Both the position numbers and the translations under genes were made by a program. 32,000 nucleotides of DNA, taken from NCBI RefSeq assembly GCF_029504745.1, contig NZ_JAQFIQ010000005.1:30001-62000 (forward strand), read 5' to 3'. Positions 8,728 to 16,080 of the stretch are shown in pieces. Position 1 is the first letter of the stretch; every line of letters begins with the position of its first letter. The notes below the pieces were generated by a model. That model worked only from the letters and a program-made list of their open reading frames with translations. It was not told the DNA's origin and made no database searches. The DNA comes from Breznakia sp. PF5-3 (lineage in GTDB: Bacteria; Bacillota_I; Bacilli_A; Erysipelotrichales; Erysipelotrichaceae).

Positions 8728-8736
8728 ATTATATCA
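8728..8736 (-). promoter_or_regulatory. Extended -10 promoter element (TGaTATAAT) for murT-gatD
   Basis: The minus strand reads GGTGATATAATAG about 25 nt upstream of the murT ATG and downstream of the rpmF terminator. There is no good -35. Confidence 0.35.
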
Positions 8737-8774
8737 CCTTCCACAAGAAAGTTATATATAAGTCTAATATTTCA

Positions 8775-8797
8775 TAAAAAAAACAGCTTTCGCTGCT
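8775..8797 (-). terminator. Rho-independent terminator after rpmF
   Basis: The minus strand reads AGCAGC-GAAA-GCTGTT (6 bp including one G.U pair, GNRA loop) followed by TTTTTTTT. It starts 4 nt after the rpmF stop. Confidence 0.5.
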
Positions 8798-8800
8798 TTC

Positions 8801-8968
8801 TTATTCTGTAATTTGTTTTCCGTTGTAATTTCCACATTCACACATTCTGTGTGGTCTAACAAATTCTCCACATGCTGGACATTTTGTCAATGTAGGTCTT
8901 ACTAATTTATAGTGTGTTCTTCTTTTTGCTTTTCTATGCTTTGAACCACGTCTTTGTTGAACAGCCAT
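8801..8968 (-). CDS. rpmF: 50S ribosomal protein L32 (zinc-ribbon form)
   Basis: My own translation is MAVQQRRGSKHRKAKRRTHYKLVRPTLTKCPACGEFVRPHRMCECGNYNGKQITE (55 aa), with a GAGGAGG SD upstream. It is absent from the ORF track (under 60 aa) and sits in the classic position after yceD/DUF177. Confidence 0.93.
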   Translation of the reverse strand: MAVQQRRGSKHRKAKRRTHYKLVRPTLTKCPACGEFVRPHRMCECGNYNGKQITE

Positions 8969-8980
8969 AAATACCTCCTC

Positions 8981-9496
8981 TTAATCTTCTTCGATTTTAA
9001 ACTCTTTTAGCTTAGCTAATCGAGGATCTACTTCATCTTCTTGTTTGTTTTTATAATCGCTTTCTTTTATTACTTCCCAACCATTTCCCTTTGGATATTC
9101 CTTTACATCATCTTTTACAACTTTTAAAGGTACTTCCATCATGATGGTTTGAAAGATAATTGGCAGAAGTTCGATTACATCTCCCTTTGCTTCATGAATG
9201 TCTTCATTATCCTCAACTTTACGAAATGCAAACACTTCTGTTGTTTCCACATTGAATGGATAACGAACATCTTCATTTGTAATCGCACAAGGTAGGATCA
9301 TGTCGCCACTAATCTCCATGTCACAAGTAACAAAGTCACTTTGTACATCATAGCGAAGTGTACCTTTTACATTCACATTTTCAAGGTCACGTAAGTGGTG
9401 ATTTTTATTAAATACCTCTTTGGCAAAACTGATATCTTCATCAAAAGATATAGGTTCCTTATGCAAATTTAGTATCTCATTTTTTGACCATTTCAA
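8981..9496 (-). CDS. YceD/DUF177 family protein (large-subunit rRNA accumulation protein)
   Basis: The product is acidic with a C...C pair (VTCDMEISGDMILPCAITNEDV) and lies upstream of rpmF. The track start (GTG 9505) and the ATG at 9502 abut the SD GAGGTG (9503-9508). The TTG at 9496 has a 6-nt spacing and gives MKWSKNE..., like B. subtilis YlbN. Confidence 0.8.
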   Translation of the reverse strand: MKWSKNEILNLHKEPISFDEDISFAKEVFNKNHHLRDLENVNVKGTLRYDVQSDFVTCDMEISGDMILPCAITNEDVRYPFNVETTEVFAFRKVEDNEDIHEAKGDVIELLPIIFQTIMMEVPLKVVKDDVKEYPKGNGWEVIKESDYKNKQEDEVDPRLAKLKEFKIEED

Positions 9497-9523
9497 GATC
9501 ATCACCTCATTGCCTGCCTATTC

Positions 9524-9552
9524 ATTATATTGAAAAAGTAGGGCAAAGTCAA
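9524..9552 (-). promoter_or_regulatory. Near-consensus sigma-A promoter for yceD-rpmF (TTGACT-17-TATAAT)
   Basis: The minus strand reads TTGACT (9552-9547), a 17-nt spacer, then TATAAT (9529-9524), about 25 nt upstream of the start codon. Confidence 0.6.
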
Positions 9553-9568
9553 CAAAGAATCAATGAAA

Positions 9569-10483
9569 TTAATCCCAAAGTGGTACAGGGTATTTTCCAT
9601 CATCTATCAATCTTTTTATTCCAGCTTTGACAATTGGTTTGTCTTCTTGATAAGTAACTCCATACCATTTATCTTCACTTGATAAAACCGTTACTTCAAT
9701 TTGGTTATCACGTAACATTTTTCCAACTTCTTTAGGAATATAGAATTCTGACTTCAATTGGTTCTTAGGAACTTCATTTTCAAAAAACTTAACGAAGTCT
9801 TCTTTCATATACTGAATGAAGGAAGGTTTGAATCCCCACATGTTCATCGATACCAAACGGTTTTCTTCCAAAGGCAACCATGTCATACCTTCATCTTTGC
9901 TATATTCAATTCCTTTTGGATGTTTTTCAATTCGTGTAAGTTCATCGACATTCGTAAGCTTGCCATCCTTCACCGTACATACTCCACGAGCAACACTTCC
10001 ATTCTCACTCACTGTATTCGCTAAAATATAACCAACCATTGCATAATGATCACCAATCGCATCTGATACTAAGAAATCATGCAATTTCTCAAACCCTTCA
10101 CGCCCATAGTAATCATCCGCATTAATAACTGCGAATGGTGAGTCAATTACACCTTCACAACACAATAGGGCATGGCCTGTTCCCCAAGGCTTCTCTCTTC
10201 CTTCTGGAATTTCAAATCCTTGTGGAATGCTGTTATCAATTTCTTGATAAACATATTTCACATTCACTTGTTTACTTATTTTATCTCCTATTGCAGATTT
10301 GAAATCTGCTTCTATTGCTTTTTTTATTATGAAAATAACTTCATTAAATCCAGCTTGAATAGCATCATAAACACTAAGTTCAAGAATCACTTCACCATTT
10401 GGTCCGATCTTGTCAATCTGCTTTAATCCCCCATAGCGACTTCCCATACCAGCAGCCAAAACTACTAAACTTGTTTTTTTCAT
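9569..10483 (-). CDS. Sugar-phosphate nucleotidyltransferase family protein
   Basis: The N-terminal LVVLAAGMGSRYGGLKQ resembles the NTP-transferase G-x-G-[ST]-R motif, and an ...INADDYYG motif is present. The substrate is not assignable. Confidence 0.75.
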   Translation of the reverse strand: MKKTSLVVLAAGMGSRYGGLKQIDKIGPNGEVILELSVYDAIQAGFNEVIFIIKKAIEADFKSAIGDKISKQVNVKYVYQEIDNSIPQGFEIPEGREKPWGTGHALLCCEGVIDSPFAVINADDYYGREGFEKLHDFLVSDAIGDHYAMVGYILANTVSENGSVARGVCTVKDGKLTNVDELTRIEKHPKGIEYSKDEGMTWLPLEENRLVSMNMWGFKPSFIQYMKEDFVKFFENEVPKNQLKSEFYIPKEVGKMLRDNQIEVTVLSSEDKWYGVTYQEDKPIVKAGIKRLIDDGKYPVPLWD

Positions 10484-10543
10484 CTTTTTACCTCTCTTTC
10501 ACTATTCTAGCATAAACTTATTTTTATTTAAATCCATTTGAAG

Positions 10544-10549
10544 TATAAT
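10544..10549 (+). promoter_or_regulatory. Consensus -10 hexamer TATAAT placed 6 nt before the tmcAL ATG (possible leaderless start)
   Basis: The sequence ttgaagTATAATgaagacATG has no SD between the hexamer and the ATG at 10556. The -35 (TTTTTA at 10521-10526) is weak. Confidence 0.3.
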
Positions 10550-10555
10550 GAAGAC

Positions 10556-11665
10556 ATGAAAACTCATTTTAAAGTAGCGGGCATCGTATGTGAATACAAT
10601 CCATTTCATAATGGACATATGCTGCATATTCAAAAAACAAGAGCAATAACAGGTGCTGATATCTTGATTTGTGTCATGAGTGGAAACTTTGTACAGCGTG
10701 GAGAACCCGCTATCACAAATAAGTGGGAGCGAGCAAAGGTAGCGATTGAGCATGGTGTAGATATCGTTGTAGAATTACCTTTTATTTATGCTACCCAAAG
10801 TGCAAACATGTTTGCCAAAGGAGCTATTGATATCTTAAAACTTGCTAATATTGATGCTTTGGTATTTGGTAGTGAATCTAACAATCTTGATATTTTAAAA
10901 AAACTTTTAACCATCAAAGATGATATCAGTGAATTAAAACAAGCAGGAATATCCAGTGCAAAAGCTTATGAACAACTTTATGGCGATTTAAATCCTAATG
11001 ATATTTTAGGTTTGAATTATTTAAAACATTTAAAGGACACTGAAATAGAAGCCCATACAATTCAAAGAACCACAAATTATCATGATACATCATTAAAAGG
11101 GAAAATAAGTAGTGCGACAGCTATTCGTGAAAGTATTTTTGCCCAACAAGATTACACATTGGCTACACCTATGCATAATCTAAGTGATACTTTTCAAATG
11201 CAATATTATTATCCATATATCAAAACCCTATTGTTGACGAGTGATCAAAAACATCTATCTCAACTATTTTTGATGGATGAAGGAATTGAAAACAATTTAA
11301 TCAAACATTGCAAACTCGCAGACTCTTATGAAGATTTCTTAATATCTTGTACATCAAAACGTTATACAAAGGCAAGTATCCAACGAACTTTGACCCATTT
11401 GATGAACCAAACCAAAAAAGCCGATGTAAATAATCTTCCTGAAGTAGATTATTTACGCATCTTAGCTTTTAATAAGCGAGGACAGGCTTATCTTAACCAT
11501 ATAAAAGAAGAGGTTAAGATTGCATCAAAATATAGTCAGATTCCTTCTCCCTATCGAGAAATGGAACTAAAAGCCACTCAAGTATACAGTTATCCAACAA
11601 CCATTGAAGAACAAAAAATGATGGTCAAACAAGAATTGCAACCACCACTTTTTATTGAAGATTAA
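10556..11665 (+). CDS. tmcAL: tRNA(Met) cytidine acetate ligase TmcAL (YlbM family)
   Basis: MKTHFKVAGIVCEYNPFHNGHMLHIQK matches the YlbM/TmcAL N-terminal HxGH-like nucleotidyltransferase motif. The track start at 10538 is a TTG that adds 6 residues. Confidence 0.85.
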   Translation: MKTHFKVAGIVCEYNPFHNGHMLHIQKTRAITGADILICVMSGNFVQRGEPAITNKWERAKVAIEHGVDIVVELPFIYATQSANMFAKGAIDILKLANIDALVFGSESNNLDILKKLLTIKDDISELKQAGISSAKAYEQLYGDLNPNDILGLNYLKHLKDTEIEAHTIQRTTNYHDTSLKGKISSATAIRESIFAQQDYTLATPMHNLSDTFQMQYYYPYIKTLLLTSDQKHLSQLFLMDEGIENNLIKHCKLADSYEDFLISCTSKRYTKASIQRTLTHLMNQTKKADVNNLPEVDYLRILAFNKRGQAYLNHIKEEVKIASKYSQIPSPYREMELKATQVYSYPTTIEEQKMMVKQELQPPLFIED

Positions 11666-11708
11666 AGATTATAAAATACCATTCTTCAATTGCCTTATTT
11701 ATTTTCAA

Positions 11709-11746
11709 AAACTGGAACCTTGTTTAGGTATCCAGTTTCTTTTTTA
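11709..11746 (+). terminator. Rho-independent terminator after tmcAL
   Basis: The stem AAACTGGA / TCCAGTTT (8 bp) has a 14-nt loop and is followed by CTTTTTTA. It overlaps the stop codon of the convergent GNAT gene. Confidence 0.5.
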
Positions 11747-12235
11747 TACTAAATCGTATCGATATAATGCTGTTAAATATCCTTTTCCTAAATCAACGAT
11801 TTCTTCTAGAATAAAATCATTTCGCTCATAATACGCCCGCAGTTTATCTTTGTGTGCTCGAACATCTAGTTTTACACAAGGCATACCTGCCTTACGTCCA
11901 AGTTCTTTAAACTGATCTAAAATATAGTTTGATACACCTTGTCCCTTCACTTTATCCAAAACCATAACCTTATGGATATAAAGAGCTTCATGAGGTTTAT
12001 CATGTAGCCAATAGGTTGGGTCGTAGTCAATTACACAAAAACATCCAACAGGATCATCATCTTGATATACAAGATAGAAATTTTCCACCACATACTCATT
12101 TTGTAAAGTTTTCCAAAGCACTTCTTCTTTTTCCCATTGCACCAATCCTTTTTTTGAAAGTTCATCTACCTTTTGTAACAATAGACTTTCAATCAATTGG
12201 CAATCCTTTGGGGTTGCTTGTCTCATAGATAACAT
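11744..12235 (-). CDS. GNAT-family N-acetyltransferase
   Basis: The 163-aa product has the GNAT core pattern ...LYIHKVMVLDKVKGQGVSNYILDQF...LDVRAHKDKLRAYYERNDF. No obvious SD precedes either candidate ATG. Confidence 0.75.
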   Translation of the reverse strand: MLSMRQATPKDCQLIESLLLQKVDELSKKGLVQWEKEEVLWKTLQNEYVVENFYLVYQDDDPVGCFCVIDYDPTYWLHDKPHEALYIHKVMVLDKVKGQGVSNYILDQFKELGRKAGMPCVKLDVRAHKDKLRAYYERNDFILEEIVDLGKGYLTALYRYDLV

Positions 12236-12242
12236 AGGTAGT

Positions 12243-12269
12243 AAAAAATACTCTTATTAAGAGTATTTT
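12243..12269 (-). terminator. Rho-independent terminator after yebC
   Basis: The stem AAAATACTC / GAGTATTTT (9 bp) has a 7-nt loop and runs into TTTTTT on the minus strand. It overlaps the yebC stop codon. Confidence 0.55.
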
Positions 12270-12990
12270 ATAATCCTTCCACATTGTGATATACATTTTG
12301 TACATCATCAACATCATCTAATAGATCTAATAAGCGTTGAAACAACATTTTATCATCTCCATCTAGTGTTACATATTCATTTGGTAACATCGTTAGTTCC
12401 AATACATCAAATGTAACATCTGGAATCAACTTATCAATTTCCTCTTTAGCCTTATATAAGTCCTGTGGTGAAGTAGTAATTGACATGTGTTCATCTTCTA
12501 CTTCAATCTCTTTCACATCCACATCAGCCATTAACAAAGTTTCTAGCATTGTATCTTCATCTGTATAAGGAATTACAATCTGTCCAACACTTTCATAGTT
12601 GAATGACACTGAACCACTAACTCCCATTTTTGCTTTCGCCTTATTAAAAGCACCTCTTAAATCAGCAATGGTACGGTTTGGATTATCTGTTAAACACTCG
12701 ATAACAACCGTGGCAACTCCACCGCTACCGAAACCTTCATAAGTAGAACTTTGATAATTTTCACCAGTTCCACCCTTTGCTTTTTCAATTGCTCTTTTTA
12801 TAACATCTGCTGGTACCTGATTTGCTTTTGCACGCTCGATTGTCTTCTTCAAGTTTGCATTCATCTCTGGATCAGGTTCACCGTTTTTCGCAGCTACATA
12901 TATTTCTTTTCCATATCTTGAATATACTTTTGTTTTTGCTGCTGCTGTTTTTGCCATACTGGCTTTACGTACTTCAAATGCACGTCCCAT
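12268..12990 (-). CDS. yebC: YebC/PmpR family DNA-binding transcriptional regulator
   Basis: MGRAFEVRKASMAKTAAAKTKVYSRYGKEIYVAAKNG...ANQVPADVIKRAIEKA is the highly conserved YebC N-terminus. The ATG at 12990 follows GGTGA-N5; the track start at 13002 adds MVII. Confidence 0.9.
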   Translation of the reverse strand: MGRAFEVRKASMAKTAAAKTKVYSRYGKEIYVAAKNGEPDPEMNANLKKTIERAKANQVPADVIKRAIEKAKGGTGENYQSSTYEGFGSGGVATVVIECLTDNPNRTIADLRGAFNKAKAKMGVSGSVSFNYESVGQIVIPYTDEDTMLETLLMADVDVKEIEVEDEHMSITTSPQDLYKAKEEIDKLIPDVTFDVLELTMLPNEYVTLDGDDKMLFQRLLDLLDDVDDVQNVYHNVEGL

Positions 12991-13018
12991 AATTATCACC
13001 ATCCAAATTTACTTGTTT

Positions 13019-13047
13019 ATTATATCAAAGAATAAAACATCCGACAA
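13019..13047 (-). promoter_or_regulatory. Sigma-A promoter for yebC (TTGTCG-17-TATAAT with TG extension)
   Basis: The minus strand reads TTGTCG (13047-13042), a 17-nt spacer ending in TGA, then TATAAT (13024-13019). Confidence 0.55.
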
Positions 13048-13102
13048 TGCTATTCATCAAAGTAAGAAAGAAACCACACTAAATTTCTAATGTATAGAGA
13101 AT

Positions 13103-13129
13103 TAAAAAAACATAGGAAACTCCTATGTT
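13103..13129 (-). terminator. Rho-independent terminator after nagA
   Basis: The stem AACATAGGA / TCCTATGTT (9 bp) has a 3-nt loop and is followed on the minus strand by TTTTTTTAA. It lies directly after the stop at 13130. Confidence 0.7.
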
Positions 13130-14308
13130 TTATCTTTTATATACACATTTTCCAGATACATAAGTTTGTTGATTTTGATAATTTTTATCCATAATACAAA
13201 TATCTGCATCTTTTCCTACTTCCAACGTTCCCTTTAACGTATCTATCTTAATAACCTTTGATGGATTTATACAAGCCATCTGAACAATTTCGTTTACTGT
13301 ACACCCAGTAATCTCTGCCATAGTACGAATAACATAGTCTAATCCCACAGCTGAACCTGCTCTGCGTCCTGTTTCAATCACAGTTACACTATAGCCATCT
13401 TTTATACAATTTTTACCACTAAAATAAAATTCTCCATCAGGCATTCCTTTTCCCAACATCGCATCAGTAATAAGAACAATCTTTTCAGCTCCTTTATTCA
13501 AATACGTCATCAACACTACTTCTGGATCTACATGAAATCCATCAGCAATAAGTTCCACATATGCATCTTTATTAATAAAAGCTGATGTTACCACTCCTGG
13601 AGTACGATGAAGATGCTGGCTCATTGCATTATAAAGATGCGTAAACCCAACGGCCCCATGTTTGATTGCTGCTGTTGTTGTTTTACTATCTGCAGCACTA
13701 TGACCAATCATCATTGCGATATTATGCTTTGCTCCATACTCAATAAACTCCATCATTCCATCCAATTCTGGAGCAATTGTCATCTGTCTAATCCGATTGT
13801 CAGATGCACTTATCATTTCATCCAATTCTTTTATTGAAGGAGCACGCAAGTGCTCTTCAATCATAACGGCTTTATATTCTCTACTTAAATAAGGACCTTC
13901 CCCATGAACACCTAAGAAGTGTGCACCATTTCCATCATCTTCAATTGTTGCATACATTTTTAGCGTCTCAACTATCTCTTCTTGTGATACCGCTGTAAGA
14001 GAAGCTAAAAAGCCTGTACATCCATCTTCCACTAAATTATGTGCAATCTTATGTATATCATCTTTCGTAGCATCGATAAAATCACTACCTACACCACCAT
14101 GCATATGAATATCAATTAAACCCGGCATAATATAGTTTCCCTTAACATCTTCAAATACAACGTCGTGGTCTTGTTGATATATTTGGAATTTAGGATCATT
14201 GGCAGCTAACACTTCAATAATCTTATCTCCCTCAATTAATACACCACCTTGTTCCAAACTTGTATGCCCATCAACTACAACAATTCCATTATACAAAAGT
14301 GTTTTCAT
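13130..14308 (-). CDS. nagA: N-acetylglucosamine-6-phosphate deacetylase
   Basis: The product has amidohydrolase motifs (GLIDIHMHGGVGSDF, ...GHSAAD..., FTHLYNAM, ...LITDAM...). Confidence 0.9.
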   Translation of the reverse strand: MKTLLYNGIVVVDGHTSLEQGGVLIEGDKIIEVLAANDPKFQIYQQDHDVVFEDVKGNYIMPGLIDIHMHGGVGSDFIDATKDDIHKIAHNLVEDGCTGFLASLTAVSQEEIVETLKMYATIEDDGNGAHFLGVHGEGPYLSREYKAVMIEEHLRAPSIKELDEMISASDNRIRQMTIAPELDGMMEFIEYGAKHNIAMMIGHSAADSKTTTAAIKHGAVGFTHLYNAMSQHLHRTPGVVTSAFINKDAYVELIADGFHVDPEVVLMTYLNKGAEKIVLITDAMLGKGMPDGEFYFSGKNCIKDGYSVTVIETGRRAGSAVGLDYVIRTMAEITGCTVNEIVQMACINPSKVIKIDTLKGTLEVGKDADICIMDKNYQNQQTYVSGKCVYKR

Positions 14309-14319
14309 ATTTTTTCCTC

Positions 14320-16080
14320 CTATGTCTCATCATGATGAATCACTTCATATACATTTTTTGCGACCGCTTCTGGAACGATCTGTGATATTTCTTCTATCGT
14401 TGCCTGTTTTAAACGTTTCATACTTCGAAAATGATTCCATAGCTTATTCTTACGAACTTTTCCCAATCCACTAACTTCATCTAAAATTGATTTTGTTTGT
14501 GCTTTAGAACGTAGTTTCTTATGATAAGTAATTGCAAATCTATGCACTTCATCTTGCATCTGTGTTAATAAAAAGAAAAGTGGACTATCTCTACGAATGG
14601 GAATAATATCTCCATTTCGATCCATTAAATTATTTGTACGATGTCGATCATCTTTTACCAAGCCACATAATAAGATATCAATTTCAAGAGCATCTAAGAT
14701 TTCTTTCACTGCATTAATCTGTTGTAAACCACCATCTACAATTAATAAATCATTTTGTACTTGTTGTTCTTTTAAAAGTCGAAGATAACGACGGTATACA
14801 ACTTCTTTCATGGAATCTACATCTGAAATATAAGTATCCAATTTATAAATACGATAATCTTTCTTAGATGGTAAACCATCTTTAAACACAACCATTCCTG
14901 ATACATTAAACGCTCCACTAATGTGTGAGTTATCATAGATTTCAATAGAATGAATTGGTTTATGAAAAATATCAGATAATTCTTTAAGGGCAAGGATGCG
15001 ATTATTATCCTTACGTTTTACTAATTCAAATTTATCTTCATGGGCTTTTTTAGCATTTCCTTTGACCATTTCCATTAAACGTAATTTTTCACCTCGTTGT
15101 GGTTTCATTACTTTTGTATCTAAATAATCACCAAGATCTGTGTGAATATCTTTTGGTATTAATAATTCCTGTGGTAAAGGATTTTTACTATAATATTGCA
15201 TAATAAAAGATACAAATGCATCTTCTATTTCCTCATAAATTGGCGTAATAGATAAAGCACGTTCTAAGATTTTACCATTACGCAAAAAGAATCCTTGAAT
15301 ACATAAATACCCCTTATCATAATAGTAATTAAATACATCTCGATCTTTTCTATCTTTAAATTGTACATGCTGATTCATTGCTACATGGTGAATCGATTCA
15401 ATCAATTCATGCAATTCTTGCGCTCTTTCAAAATCCAACTTATCACTAGCTGCATGCATTTGTTCTTCTAATTGTTGAACAATGGCCTTTGTGTCACCAC
15501 GTAAAAACCTTTTGATATCATTTGCCATCTTTTCATAAATCGCAGGATCAATATCATTGATACAAGGTGCTAAACATTGACCTAAATGATAATACAAACA
15601 TGCTCGCTTAGGCATGTGTTTACATTTTCTCAATGGATAAATTTTATTTAATAAATCTTTGGTTTGATGAGCTGCTCGTGCATCAGGAAAAGGTCCAAAA
15701 TAATATGCTTTTTTATCTGTAAGTTTTCTTGTAACAGTTAACACTGGTGCTTTATCTGTAGTTAATTTTATATATGGATAACTTTTATCATCCATGAACA
15801 TAATATTATATTTTGGTGAATGCTTTTTAATTAAATTAATTTCCAACAACAAAGCTTCTTTTTCACTATCACAAACAATATATTCAAAATCATCAATATT
15901 GCTTACTAATTTTGTTGTTTTATAATCATGGGCACCACGAAAATAAGAACGCACCCGACTATTTAAACGAACTGCTTTCCCTACATAAATAATCTCTTGA
16001 TTCTTATCTTTCATCAAATAACAACCTGGCTTTGCTGGAAGCAAGGCCAATTTGTCTTCGATTTTTTCCATGTTAGCCAT
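14320..16080 (-). CDS. uvrC: Excinuclease ABC subunit C
   Basis: The product has a GIY-YIG N-terminus (PGCYLMKDKNQEIIYVGKAVRLNSRVRSYF), a UvrBC-interaction region and a C-terminal (HhH)2. The ATG at 16080 follows AAAGGTGG-N5 and overlaps the mutS2 stop (ATGGCTAA). The track start at 16089 is a GTG. Confidence 0.94.
   Translation of the reverse strand: MANMEKIEDKLALLPAKPGCYLMKDKNQEIIYVGKAVRLNSRVRSYFRGAHDYKTTKLVSNIDDFEYIVCDSEKEALLLEINLIKKHSPKYNIMFMDDKSYPYIKLTTDKAPVLTVTRKLTDKKAYYFGPFPDARAAHQTKDLLNKIYPLRKCKHMPKRACLYYHLGQCLAPCINDIDPAIYEKMANDIKRFLRGDTKAIVQQLEEQMHAASDKLDFERAQELHELIESIHHVAMNQHVQFKDRKDRDVFNYYYDKGYLCIQGFFLRNGKILERALSITPIYEEIEDAFVSFIMQYYSKNPLPQELLIPKDIHTDLGDYLDTKVMKPQRGEKLRLMEMVKGNAKKAHEDKFELVKRKDNNRILALKELSDIFHKPIHSIEIYDNSHISGAFNVSGMVVFKDGLPSKKDYRIYKLDTYISDVDSMKEVVYRRYLRLLKEQQVQNDLLIVDGGLQQINAVKEILDALEIDILLCGLVKDDRHRTNNLMDRNGDIIPIRRDSPLFFLLTQMQDEVHRFAITYHKKLRSKAQTKSILDEVSGLGKVRKNKLWNHFRSMKRLKQATIEEISQIVPEAVAKNVYEVIHHDET

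Noticed and set aside
10502-10753. 83-aa minus-strand ORF across the tmcAL start region
   Set aside because: It overlaps the conserved tmcAL N-terminus on the opposite strand. Its product is Cys/Ser/Leu-rich nonsense without an SD, and the divergent nucleotidyltransferase gene already ends at 10483.
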